Assembly: GCA_030704615.1 (NCBI GenBank)
Contig: CM060733.1
Location: forward strand, 65,410,001-65,474,000
DNA length: 64,000 nt
Direction of reading: 5' to 3'
From: Takakia lepidozioides
Lineage: Eukaryota; Plantae; Bryophyta
Under the pieces are notes generated by a model. That model was not told the origin of the DNA and did no database searches. It worked only from the letters and a program-made list of their open reading frames with translations. A program made the position numbers and the translations under genes. Below, in pieces: positions 35,960 through 49,375 of the stretch; position 1 is the stretch's first letter; each line of letters opens with the position of its first letter.

Positions 35960-37670
35960 GAGACCACTAATACTTCGGTCCGTATTTTTATTTTTTATGA
36001 AAAACAAGCGACCGCCACTACTGCGGTCGCTTTTATTTCCTTTCATTTTGTGCAATATTGCGGTCACTTCTATTTTGTATATTTTTAAATTTAAGCGACC
36101 GCCAAGATAGCGGTCGCTATTTTTTTTTTAAATTCGAAAAATAAAGCGACCGCCAGTGTGACCGCCAATCTTGCTTTTACTAAAAATAAATTTGAAGCGA
36201 CTGCCAATATGGCGGTCGCTATTTCTTTTTCTATTTCGAGAAATAAAGCGACTGCCAGTGCGACCGCCAATCTAGCTTAAAAAAAAAAACAATTGAAGCG
36301 ACCGCCAATACGGCGGTCGCTATTTCTTTTTTAATTTCGAAAAACAAAGCGACCGCTATAATTGGCGGTCGCGTTCATTTTGTTAATTTTCAAAAATATA
36401 TTTGCCACCGTGCGACCGCCAATACGGCAGTCGCTTGCTTTCTTATTTAAATTAGGCGACCGCCAATACGACCGCCAATCTTGTTTTTTTGAAACAATAA
36501 ATTGAAGCGACTTAAAAAAAAAAAAAACATTTGAAGCGACCGCCAATATGGCGGTCGCTATTTTTTTTTCTATTTCGAAAATTAAGGCGACCGCGAGTGC
36601 GACCGCCAATCTTGCTTTAAAAAACATAAAAATTGAAGCGACCGCCAATACGGCGGTCGTTAGTTCTTTTTTAATTTCGAAAAACAAAGCGACCGCCATA
36701 ATTGGCGGTCGCGTTCATTTTGTTAATTTTCAAGAATGTATTTGCCACCGTGCGACCGCCAATACGGCAGTCACTTGTTTTTTTTTAAAAATTAGGCGAC
36801 CGCGAATACGACCGCCAATCTTGTTTTTTTAAAACAATAAATTGAAGCGACCGCCAGCATAGCGGTCGCTATTTGTTTTTTTAATTCGAAAAATAAGGGG
36901 ACCGCCAGTGCGACCGCCAATCTTGCTTTAAAAAAAAAACATTTGAAGCGACCGCCAATATGGCGGTCGCTATTTTTTTTTCTATTTCAAAAATTATGGC
37001 GACCGCCAGTGCGACCGCCAATCTTGCTTTAAGATAAAAACATTTGAAGCGACCGCCAATATGGCGGTCGCTATTTTTTTTTCTATTTCGAAAATTATGG
37101 CGACCGCCAGTGCGACCGCCAATCTTGCTTTTAAAAAATAAAAAATTGAAGCGACCGCCAATACGGCGGTCGCTAGTTTTTTTTAATTTCGAAAAACAAA
37201 GCGACTGCCATAATTGGCGGTCGCATTCATTTTGTTAATTTTCAAAATTGTATTTGCCACCGTGCGACCGCCAATACGGCAGTCGCTTGTTTTCTTTTTT
37301 AAATTAGGTGACCTCCAATACGACTGCCAATCTTGTTTTTTTTTAAAAATAAATTGAAGCGACCGCCAACATAGCGGTCGCTATTTGTTTTTTTAATTTG
37401 AAAAATAAGGCGACTGCCAGTGCGACCGCCAATCTTGCTTTGAAAAAAAAAACATTTGAAGCGACCGCCAATATGGCGGTCGCTATTTCTTTTTCTATTT
37501 CGAAAAATAAGGCGACCGCCAGTGCGACCGCCAATCTTGTTTAAAAATAAATAAAAATTGAAGCGACCGCCAATACGGCGGTCGCTATTTCTTTTTTAAT
37601 TTCAAAAAACAAAGCGAATTGGCGGTCGTGTTTATTTTGTTAATTTTCAAAATGTATTTGTCACTGCCAC
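35960..37670. repeat. Second GCGACCGCC/GGCGGTCGC array with higher-order structure
   Basis: Read directly. It flanks the 5' side of the hAT gene. Confidence 0.93.
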
Positions 37671-37672
37671 CG

Positions 37673-40600
37673 TGTCGGCGATGTGGCTGCTTAAGTGGCA
37701 GTATTTTATCTGGTATTATTTTTACCAGAATATTCCCCGAACCTGACGTGACGGAGGTCCCGTCAGCATCAGGTCTGACGTGACCTGACGCTGACGGACG
37801 GACGTGACGCTGATAATCGGGCCTTGCTGTGCAGTTACGTATCTCAACTGTGCTTCTTCTTCTGATTGAGCCTGTAACTCGCGACTTTTGACTGGAAAAT
37901 ACACCCTTCAGAGTATGCCTCATTTGTGATGTAGCCTCTTGACAGCCTTTCCCCAACATTTGATCAACTCATATGTGGCTCTTACTGTTCTCTCCATGCT
38001 TCTGTGAGATCTCTCATTGGCAGCTATGGTCTGCATGGTTTGCACAAACTTTTCTTTAATCCATATGACCAGCAGTATGATGCAAATCAGAGCCCTCACT
38101 GTGCTGTGAACACTCCATGGTTGTTTTTCTCTCACTGTGATATGGCCTTGATCCCATACTACATGACCTATGCTCTTTTTTTTGTTCTCAACAGTGATTG
38201 GGCTCAGGCCCAACCTTTCATGGTCTGTTCTCTCCTTTTTGCCCTCAACAGTGGCTACTTGCCCTGTATCCATTGTAATCTCACTTTCCCTTTTGTCAAC
38301 CTCTATCTGATTGACCCCTGGAAAAAACTGGAATCTGACTTTATGCTTGGACGCCCCTTCACTCAGAGTGGGTACTTTGTAAGTGAGCTGGGTTTTGTTG
38401 GCACTGCAACAACAGTGACACTTGACTCCCTCAATGCCCTCTGAATGGATCCCCTTGTTTTGCAAAAAGCCAACTGTATACTCTTTTGTGATGTCTGTAC
38501 CCCTCACTTTCTCTCTCTGTGACCAGTTGAGAGGGTCTAGGTTGGTGTCAACCCAAGACTTTCTGCTTAAAAGCTCTTTCCTGTAGTTCCACAATGCCCA
38601 AACAAATATCCCGTAGTGGAGTTCTTCAATTGATTGGCCTTCTTTCTTTTGCAGAAGTTTCTCTATGCCTGAAACTACCTCTGTGCCTTCTTCTCCAGAC
38701 TTAGTGAGTGTTGCAGACACTGTCAAATTATCTAGCCCCAATGTCAGAACCCAAACCTCTTTGACTTGACTGTCTGGATTGATATTGAGAACTTGTACCC
38801 TTCCCTTGGTCATATTGACTTCATATTCTTCTTCCCCACTAGATCCTCCCACTGGATAGCGACTTAAAGCATCAACATTTCTATGCTTAGCTCCTGGTCT
38901 CTGAACAATCTTAAAATCATAATCCTGCAACATCATTATCCACCTACCTCTCCTTCCATAAGTGTCGCTAACCGTAGCCAACCATTCTAGGGGGTTTATG
39001 ATCAGTCCTTATCGTGAATGGTGTTCCATAGAGGTACTGTTGGAAGTGCAGGATGCCCCACACCAGTGCATAGCACTCGCCCTCCATGGGATGATATCTT
39101 TTCTGAACATCCGTCAATGCCTTGCTTGCAAATGCAATTACATGTTCTTTACGACAATCTTTCTGTGACAGTACTGCCCCTACTCCCTTTGTACTCCAAT
39201 CAACATCAAGTATAAAGGGTTTAGTGAAATCGGGCCTTATCAGGATCGGTGCATTTTGCAGCTTGAGGATTAATGCCTCAAAAGTATTATGTGCCTCTGC
39301 GTTCCATTGGAATGTTGGCTCCTTCTTAGTGAGTTCAAACAGTGGCACCCCAGGGCTTGCGTATCCCTTGATGTAATCCCTGTAGTAGTTGGTCACCCCA
39401 ACAAAGCTCTTAACAGCTGTGGGGTCTTTGGTATTGGGAAACATCGAATTGCTGCCACTTTGTTTGGGCCAGGCCTTACCCCTTCCTTGGAAACGACATG
39501 CCCCAAGAAAACCAATTCTTGCCTGCCCAGTTCACAGTTGCTGGGATTCAGCTTCAGATTATGATGCCTGAGTTTTTTGAGGATGACATCAAAGTGCTGC
39601 AAATGATCTTCCCATGTTGCACTGTGTGTATTTATGTCATCACCAAAGACTTTTGCAAAAGTCTTTAACTCATCACGAAGTATGACATTCATAGCGCTCT
39701 GGAAAGTTGCTGTGGCATTCTTCAAGCCGAAGGGCATGACCAGCCACTCAAACAGTCCTCTCTTCGTGATTATGGCTGTCTGTCATCTTCTCTCATCTTG
39801 ATTTGTCAAAAGCCCGATTACAGATCCAGCGCAGAAAACCACTGTGACTTGCCAAGTTGTTGCAAGACGTCTTGTATTAGTGGGCATTGGGTATGCATCC
39901 TTCAGTGAGTGTAGATTGAGTGGCCTATAATCTCCACAAAACCTTTTGCTCCCATCTTTCTTGGGTGGCAAAATAACTGGACATGCATATTCAGACTTGC
40001 TGATTTGCATTTTACCTTGTAAGATGAGTGCTTCAATCTGTTCTTGTACAAGGTTCTCCTCAGCTTCTGACGGTCTGTTCGCTGGCTTTCTAGTTGCAGG
40101 AAACCCCTGGGTGTTAATCTCGTGCTGCACGTCAGCACAATGGCCAAGGTCGGCTTTGTTCAAGGCAAAGCTGTGATGATTCCTTCTGCATACTTCCAGC
40201 AGCTATTGCTTCTGCTCTCAGGGCTGATCCTGAGTTTACTTTTATGTCTTCCCACCTCTGTTCAGCCTCCAGTGTTTGCATGCTTGCTTCCTCCTTTTTG
40301 GAGTCAGTCCCGATAGCATGCAGGTAGATCAGATGTGCTTCTCTCCTTTGTTGGTTGGTGACTTTGGTCCAGTCTTGAAACTCGTCATCGGACTCCGGAT
40401 TTGTGTAGTATTCACCTTCCCAAGCCTTGATGTAGGCCTCCTTGATCAGGTCATCAATCATATCCTTGCGGCTGATTTCCTTAGAGATTTCTGGGTACTT
40501 CTGATCTTGACTCTCATCCTCCCAGATGTCCAGGCATTTTAGATAATCTTCAATTGCCCCCTAGTCTGAGTAGAGGCCCTGAGCCTCTTCCCAATCACCC

Positions 40601-41510
40601 GATCGAGCATACACTAGAAGACGTAGACCCCAAGTTGGCTGCACTTCATATACTTCCCGAACCCGGGGACATTTTCATAGATCTTAGGCCACTTGGTAAT
40701 ATTCGGTATACGTTGTGGACAACAGGAAATATCGTAGAATTTAAGGTAGGAGATGGTCTGATCCGGTTAGAACACCAGGGTTACAAGTCTAGGATGCTAG
40801 TATGGGAGTTGATTGACATAGTAGGAAGAGGTAGAGAATGAATAGTCGTGAAACGTGAGATTTTGTCTTATGAGAACACACTAAGAGGGATAGTAAGGCA
40901 CTGATAAGACTAGTTAAGTATGTCAGGTATAGATTAGTCACTAGTTACTGATCGTCCAGACGTAAGAGACGTACTAATTTCATATGGTATAGATGTATCA
41001 CCATATACTAACCCAAGACCGGCATTCTACCATCAATCGTCAAGAGCGCATAATGGAGACCTCTGTGTACAAGTCATACATGCTGGTAATAGGGTTACAG
41101 TGGTGCTATGGACAAGAGTAGCTGGTGTTTCCCCAATTTTGAACAGCCCTCTTTCCACTTGTATGGCGGTTTTGACCGCCTCATCTACACTCCGAGATCT
41201 GGTTCCTAGCATAAGTTTCATAATCTCATGCCTAAGACCCCCCCATAAACCTTCGACGTTGCTCTAGCTCAGGGATTTGCCCCTTCACAAAGAGCCTATT
41301 TAATCGATCGAGGTAAGCCTGAACCCTCTGTTTCGGCTCCTACTTAACTTCATCCAGCTTCATTTTTAGTTCATCCATATCCACGTGCCCAAATTTTGCC
41401 AATATTGCTACTTGTAAATTGTCCCAATCCACTGGTTTGGGGTTTTGACGCCTAAACCAGTCATCAGCTTTTCCTTTCAGGTTCAACCTTGCCACCTTGA
41501 TGACTCCCTA
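37673..41510 (-). mobile_element. Degenerate Ty3/Gypsy retrotransposon (gag, RT, RNase H; no integrase seen)
   Basis: gag LKGKADDWF (~41030-41500). RT RFCGDYRPLN, MPFGLKNA, VFGDDI. RNase H FILDVDWS..GVGAVLSQ, ECYALVW, TDHKP, NVDALSR. Possible LTR start TGTCGG at 37673. Confidence 0.85.
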
Positions 41511-42479
41511 CCGTAATACGAAGCATCTACTCCGGATGGACTTGCCATGTTGCTACACTGCTAGTAAAGTTAGTATTAATTGATGGAGTGTACTATGATA
41601 CACCCTTCATTTCTTGTATTTCCAAACTCAATCGACAGACATCCGGTTACCATTCTGTATCAATTCCTCTCTTCCACTCACAGTGACTCTCCTAGACATC
41701 GCGGATACCATTACCCAGCTGGAACCTTTGGAAGGAGAAGACGTGGAAGAGGTCTTAGTGACTGGCCCAGTTGATAAACGCCTAGATGCTCTCAATGTTA
41801 CGCTAGTTTCGATGCTACATGAGCCGCAGCGGAAACAAGAAAACATCATGACACCTAGATTGGATGGTGTCTGATGGGGGTACGTGCCATTCGATTCCGC
41901 AACCTCCGTCGTTACCTAGTACGACAATGGTTTCGTCAACCTGTCCAGGAACATCCTTCCTTTCTTCTTCCAAATAAACTGTGCCCGGTTTGAGCTTGAA
42001 TTTGGAACAAATGTAAGTTTCAGTCACTCTGCAAAGTCCTCCCTCGTTTGGGATCCAGGCTCTCCCAAGTTGCGGAGGACAACAAACTATAGCGTAGGAA
42101 TTCGGAGCCATCGAACACCGCACGAAGTTAGCAAGTGCGAGGTTCAGTATAGTGACAGATCAAGGCTCACAGGCACCATCTAAGTGGGATCTGCGGAGTC
42201 CATTGACAATTGGAAGTCGCACATTGAAGTGGAAAGTATTGTTTCAAGCTACATGCATGTAGGTGGGAGGTGTGATTCCATATCCACTAAGTAAGACAAT
42301 GATGGCCGATTCGGCGACGAAATAACATCTCCTGACAATTTCTCCTGAGGGTGGATCAACCAGTATTTGCGGTGCAGACATGAACGTTCGCACTGACAAG
42401 AGCCAGGACTTTTAGTTAAAACGGTTAGACAACCAAGTTGTGCTCATTAAGACACGCCGCAATTGTGTTGTTTCGGAAC

Positions 42480-44370
42480 AAAGCAACCCATTGCACATGG
42501 CTGAATGGGAATGCGGTCCCGCATCTCAGTTCGACTCATCCTCTCGTCGATTGTGATCGAAAATGCGGCACCACATTTCCATCAACAGGGAAACCAAAAT
42601 ACTGGTGCAACGGAAATGCGGTACCAAATTTCAGTCCACTGTAAAAGCAGGCCCATGGTGGAACGGAAATGCGGTATCGCATTTAGGTCCAACAGGACTA
42701 GGAACACACGGTAGAAAATAATAGCGACAGCGCATTGTCATCAACTAGGACACTTTTGATAGGCAGGAACGGAAATGCGGTGCCAAATTTCCGTCCGGTC
42801 TATTTCAATGGAATCCAGTGGACGGAAATGAGGTTCCGCATTTTCGTCCGGTGTGCTACTTTCGATCGTTGTTGGACGGAAATACGGCGCCGCATTTCCG
42901 TTTTGCATCTTAGTCATGCACCTGTGCGACGGAAATGCGGCACCGCATTTCCGTCCAGGGGAAACCTTTATACTCCCCAGAACGGAAATGTGGTGCCGCA
43001 TTTCCGTCCAACAAGTACGGCATGTGCCAGTGGAACGGAAATGCGGTACCGCTTTTCCGTTCTGATTGAAAATCATGAACCACTCGAACTGAAATGTGGC
43101 ACAACATTTCCGTCCGAGTCGCACCTTCCGACATTCCACAACGAAAATAGGCGCCGCATTTCCGTTTTGTATCTCAGGCATGGAGCTGTGGGACGGAAAT
43201 GCGGCACCACATTTCCGTCCGGGTGAGACCTTCATACTCTCCAGAATGGAAATGCGGCACGACATTTCCGTTCAACAACTAAGGTATGTGAAGGTGGAAC
43301 GGAAATGCGGTACCGCATTTCCGTTCTGATTGAAAATCATGAACCACTGGAACTGAAATGCGGCACAACATTTTCGTCGGAGTCGCACCTTCCGACATTC
43401 CAGAACAGAAATACGGGGCCGCATTTCCGTTTTCTATCTGTGGCATGGAGTTGTGAGAGGGAAATGCGCCACCGCATTTCCGTCCGAGTCGCACCTTCCG
43501 ACATTCCAGAACGGAAATGTGGCGCCGCATTTCCGTTTTGTATCTCAGGCATGGAGGTGTGGGACGGAAATGCAGCACCGCATTTCCGTCCAGGAAAGAC
43601 CTTCATACTCTCCAGAACGGAAATGCGGTACCGCATTTCCGTTCGGACTGAAATCGTGAACCACCGAAACTGAAATGCGGCACCGCATTTCCGTCCGAGT
43701 CGCACCTTTCGACATCCCAAAACGGAAATGCGGCGCCGCATTTCCGTTTTGTATCTGAGGCATGGAGCTGTGGGAGGGAAATGCGGCACCGCATTTCCGT
43801 CCGGGGGAGACCTTCATACTCTCCAGAACAGAAATGCGGTACCGCATTTCCGTTCTGATTGAAAATCGTGAACCACCGGAACTGAAATGCGGCACCGCAT
43901 TTCCGTCCGAGTCGCACCTTCCGACATTCCAGAACGGAAATGCGGCGCCGCATTTCCGTTTTGTATCTCAGGCATGGAGGTGTGGGATGGAAATGCGGCA
44001 CCGCATTTCCATCTGGGGGAGACCTTCATACTCTCCAGAACGGAAATGCGGTACCGCATTTCCATTCTGACTGAAAATCGTGAACCACCGGAACTGAAAT
44101 CCGGCACCGCATTTCCGTCCGAGTCGCACCTTCTGACACTCCAAAACGGAAATGCGGCGCCGCATTTCAGTTTGGTATCTCAGGCATGGAACTGTGGGAC
44201 GGAAATGCGGCACCGCATTTCCGTTCAACAACTAAGGTATATGAAAGTGGAACTGAAATGCGGTGCCGGATTTTCGTCCAACAAGTACGGTATGTGGTAC
44301 TTAACGGAAATGCGGCGCCGCATTTGCGTTTTCACTCTAACTCATCAGACGCTGGGACGGAAATGCCATG
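42480..44370. repeat. Palindrome array with a ~212-bp higher-order repeat
   Basis: GACCTTCATACTCTCCAGAA recurs at ~43227, 43598, 43809 and 44021. Confidence 0.95.
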
Positions 44371-44676
44371 ATATGTGAACACGTGGACCAACAGAATTGC
44401 GGCACATGTCTGCACTCTATCTGACTGAAGCGGCAGGAGGCGATGCGGCCTGACCGTCGGTTAATGATGTTTGTTTTTCGGACGGCATGCGTACGCTTGA
44501 CGATTCGAATTTCGTAATGACGCATAGTCCACGAGGAGACACTTTCGTCCAAGCTTTTCGAACCCAAGTGGTGCATCACCGCTGTTTCATCTTCTTTTGT
44601 CGTGTCTAGTCAGTCACCCCTCTCGCGCCCTTTCCATCTGCACTCTTTGCCCCTTTTCCGTGTCTCTGTTCTTCTT

Positions 44677-47600
44677 ATGCTCGAACCTGAGAGGGAGGGA
44701 GTTCGTGCACCAGAGAAGAGACATCGTCGCAAGCTCCGAAAATTGTACTTCGGACGTAGGCCAATGCCGAAGGGGAGGAAGCAGATGCGTCTACAGGAGG
44801 AGATTGCCAACTCGTAGCAGCAGGCCACGTAGGCAACCCAGTCACGAGTGAGAGCTCCGTGCTATCGGGATGCGCGCAGCTGATCGAGCACCGAAACCCC
44901 CTCATTTTTCTTCTGAAATTCTTAGATTGTATGCTAGGAGATTTGAATGCAGAAGATGTTTGCATGCCTAACCGGAAAGGTGGACGTGCTAGAGGGATCG
45001 CACGAATCCGAAGAGTCGAAGGAAGAGTCCGTGGAGCTAGCTGCAGCACGCACACCCAGCCGATGAATCGAATGTAACGCTTCTGCATGTTTTTGTTGGC
45101 AGTCAAACATCTAGCTGGATTTGGCCCATGCCAAACGCTTCTTCATGGAAAGTGAGGGGCAGGTCAAAACGTTGCAGTCATTGACTGAGCACTTGAAGGA
45201 AGCCGGGGTCAAGTCCAGAACGAAATACAAGTCAAAGCTTGTGAAGCTGGTGGCCATTGCAGATCCGGCACTTGGAAAGGACTTTATCCCCGAGATTGCA
45301 AAACACTATTCTCGGGCCATGCAGCCGACCATGCAGTTGGAGAAACTGCATCACCTCTCAACGGCATGTGTTGAGGCGAAAGAGAAGGTGAGGTTTCAAT
45401 GCACTGAAGTTCCTTCCTAGCAATAACCACTTTTCTTCCTGCTCCTGACATTGGATCGGAAATGGCAGACACGGTGGCTGTTGATCTGGAATGCATTGGA
45501 GAGTATAAGGACAATGTGGTCTTTTCCACTCGAAGTTTCCGACCCTGCAGTGAATGTGTGGCTCAACCGCATGACTTGGTGGTTCCAGGTAATTCAAGGT
45601 ACTTCCCCCGATTTGCTTTTCTGAAATGAATTCCCTGAACTGCTACGTGACAATGCATGTGGGAATCCCAGGTGATGACGAATGCGAAGGAGCAAGTCGT
45701 AATGCATACAAATTCGTTCGGCTTGTACGTCAAATGGGATGGAACACAGACATTGGAAGACTACGTGACACGTTTCAGATGTGCGTACAAGGACAACCTC
45801 TTCACCAGGGAGCTGCAGACAGCAAGAAGGAGCGTGGAGTTTATACATCAGGAGGGAGCGGGAAAAGCTGCAATGCGAATTGTTTACATGTGAAGCCCAA
45901 CTGCCATTGTATGCGAAGCTTGGTTATGAGGTTTGTCTGGGAAATGCGGCACCGCATTCGCATTTTATGTTTTCGGTTGCACTCTGCGAGTACGTTGGTC
46001 TCAACTTTTGCTCACGCATGCTGATTGCTCTGCAGGTATATGAAATACGTGCTTCTTCAGATAGGGGCCCTAGCTCAAGAGCCCCGTTCTTCATGGCTTG
46101 GAATGTGGCGGGCCCAAGCTGTGTCTACACACCCGAGATGCAGAAACAATGGCATGCCGCGCATCTCGTTGGATGCCCGTGGTACCTGGACATGTCTAGC
46201 GGAATTGATGACGAATCTGAGAAAGATTTGCATGCGAAAGCAGAAGAGAAGAGAAAGGAAAGATGTGTCCCTGCTGGGCCAGAGTCGGCAAAGGAAGCTG
46301 CTGCTCTGGAACAATCCAGAAAGGCAGCTGAGATGGCACAGAAGACGGTGGATGCAGTTGTGCAGGCTCAACAGAAGGGGTCGAAGAAGAGGACTCGCCA
46401 GCAAGGAAAAGGAAGAAGCAGAAACAGATAGAGCAGGAAGAGGGCGACGAAGAGGACTCCGATGGAGACTTTGCAACCAGCCCACCCCCCGAAACGCAGC
46501 CAAAATCCCATGTGCCCACCGTTGTCACGAGAGGGACGAGAACAGGCTCGGCAAAGAAGGCACTCTTCAACCCCCCGGGGGGACACCCTTTCGAGCCGGT
46601 GGAAATGAAGAGGCCGAAAGTGGATCCCGATATAGTAGTCCAGTGTGTAAATGAGAGTTTCTTGGCGGCTTTGGATGGACGGGTAGCCAAGTTGGCCTAC
46701 ATGAAGACCATGGAGGGTCTGAAGGGCAGAGCACTGAAGAAGGCGGCTGCCGAAGAGCCTTCCGACACCCCTGGGTTTCTGAAGATGGTCTCGTTCTTTG
46801 AGAGGGTGTGTGCAGACAAGATTGTAGGAAGGGCGGAAATGCCACCGAGTGGTCTTGCGATATGATCATCTTGGATATTCCGGACGGAGAGCCTGTGGAA
46901 GGACTGCAAGGTTTGCCATCTTGGAACAGGTACTCCGAGGACTTTTGGAAGAAATGATTCGGGCTCGCCCGCATGGTGTTGGATGACAGAGGCTGTGTGG
47001 TTGTCCTGGCGAGCAGAGGCAAAAACACGCAGACAGGAATTGCAAAGTGGACCCGCAAGAGCGCCGTCCCAATTCTGAAGAAGAAGTGGACGTGCATCAA
47101 CACATTGGGCCTTCGGTCGGAAGGGAAGAAGGTAATTACGACATTGGCACTCGTCCTTTCATTTTCTTAGGTGTTTTGAAATGCGGTGCCGCATTCGATT
47201 TCTAATCGTTCCCCACTGTGTATGCAGACGAAGCAATTCGATGCATACTGCTTTGTGAAGGAGAACTCCACCTTTGCTTTCCGGAAGGAGGGATTGTTGG
47301 TTGACCCGAACTGCGACCCCATCGATTACGACGTCTTGTTCAACAACGTTCCCACGGAACTTCTCCCTCATAGCCTCACTTCAACGGAACCCCTGCGGTA
47401 TTCACGGACTCGGATCCCTACCTTCAGACAATTATGGAGACATGCACTGACGTGGAGGGCACAGTGCTCGACCTCATCTGTGGGACAGGTATGCAGAATC
47501 TTGTTCTATGCTGTTCTGCAAATTCTCATTATGCTTTAATTCGCAACATTTGAAGGGCCATGTTATAATGTGTGGATGGCATTGTAACAGGTGCCTCAAT

Positions 47601-48361
47601 GTGGGCTGGGCGGTTTTCCGATCGGCACCTCTTTGCCTACAAGGAGGACACATCCGTCTGGGGATCCCATCTGGAAGGGCTTCAACGGAATGTGAAGGCT
47701 CCCATCGAAGCCAAAGACTCCTCGGATTCGTCGGAGTCGGAGGAAGAGATAGTGGACATTGATGCCGAGGAGAACCCGGAATACGAGTGAGTGCAAACAT
47801 TGTAAGTTTGCAAAGCCTTCTGGGTGATTTTTTGTCAAACACATTTCCGGACTGTGGTTCTCATTGGTCTCGTTGGTGATTGTTATGTGCAGGATTCCAG
47901 GATCCGGGTCGAAACATGTAGGGCCTACACTTCCTGCCAGGAAGAATGTCTCGTTCTTTGCGAGGGCCGACTTCATGACGAGCCCGGTGAAGGACTACTC
48001 CCTTCCTAGTTATGCAGCTAAACTCGCAAATACAGCGATTAGACGATGTGAGAATCCCAGTAAAGTAGAGCAGATTTTCGAGAGGGCTAGGGAGGACAGA
48101 AGGATAAGGAAAGAGTTGGCAGCAGCTAAGACAGGTAGACGGGTGCGAAAGTTCATATGTGATTCAGCGGATGAGAGCGATGCAGACAGGGAGGACGACG
48201 ACCCAACGGAGGTGAGATGGTCGGTTCCGCAAGGGGAAGATGGGATTTTTGAAAGCCTGGCCAACGAGCAGTCCGCTAGAAATGAGAAAGGCAATGACGG
48301 GGTGGAGGCGGAGCAGGACAGTCAAGGACAGGACGACGATACTGATGATTTTCAAGATTAA
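44677..48361 (+). pseudogene. Second copy of the cargo gene: MTase-like part kept, ParB-like part deleted
   Basis: Near-identical peptides to 2564-13595. The junction at ~45063 joins early exon 2 to the intron before exon 4. Several frameshifts and stops. Confidence 0.8.
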
Positions 48362-48494
48362 TAGAATTTTAATGAACTCTCTATACATTTAAATTCCCTT
48401 CCAGAGTATATAAAGGAAATTCTCCCCGTCCTTCATGTCCCCTCTCCCATGTGCTTCTCAACGACACCATCGTCCAAACCACATCCCTCCCAAA

Positions 48495-49200
48495 ATCGGA
48501 AATGCGGCACCGCATTTCCATGTAGGAACGGAAATGTGACAACTGCAAAAACCTCGTTTGGAAATGCGGCACCGCATTTCCCAAACCGGGGAAAGAACAA
48601 TTTTCCGTTTCATGGTTTGGACATCAAAAACTGTTCGGCCGTACGGAAATGCGGTGCCGCATTTCCTTTTTCAACACGGCAGTTTTGCCGATTGCCAGCT
48701 CCTTCCATGGAGGTAAATGGAAATGCCACCCCGCATGCGGAGGTCGAACACGTTATTTAAATGGCGGACATGGAAATGCGGTGCCGCATTTCCATTTTGG
48801 AGATGGACGTTTTTCCAACTGCAGACGCATTTCCAGAACGGACATCGTTGTTTGTCCAATTCCAGACCCTTGGACGGAAATGCGGCACCGCATTACATTG
48901 TCCAATAAGAACTTTCGATTGCCAAACATGGAAATGCGGCGCCGCATTTCCAAAATAGACATCGTTATTTGTCCAATTCCAGACCCGTGTGGGCATTCCG
49001 TCTTGTTGGACAGAAATGCGGCACCGCATTCAATTGTCCAATACGAAATTTTGATGACGGACATGGAAATGCGGTGCCGCATTTCCAGAACGGACATCGT
49101 TGTTTGTCCAATTCCAGACCCTTAGACGGAAATGCGGCACCGCATTCCATTGTCCAATAAGAACTTTCGATTGCCAAACATGGAAATGCGGCGCCGCATT
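48495..49200. repeat. Subterminal palindrome array
   Basis: Inverted homolog of 1600-2430. Confidence 0.93.
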
Positions 49201-49375
49201 GCCGAACCTCGTTCATCGGGAGGTCCTTCTCCCCCTATGACCGTGACACCCTCAACCCTATTCCCGCGGACACTCATTTCTGGAAAATAGTCCTGCTCAT
49301 GTTTTTTTCGACAATTACGACTCTGCTCATGGCTCATGCTGCTCATGGCTCATGGCTCATGAAATAGCAGCCCCC

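Larger units (their letters stand above)
41862..49375 (-). mobile_element. MULE copy C, inverted relative to A and internally deleted; ends in TIR
   Basis: 41862-42440 is the reverse complement of ~15170-15740. Arrays at 42480-44370 and 48495-49200. Cargo gene at 44677-48361. Terminus ...CATGAAATAGCAGCCCCC at 49375. Confidence 0.88.
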
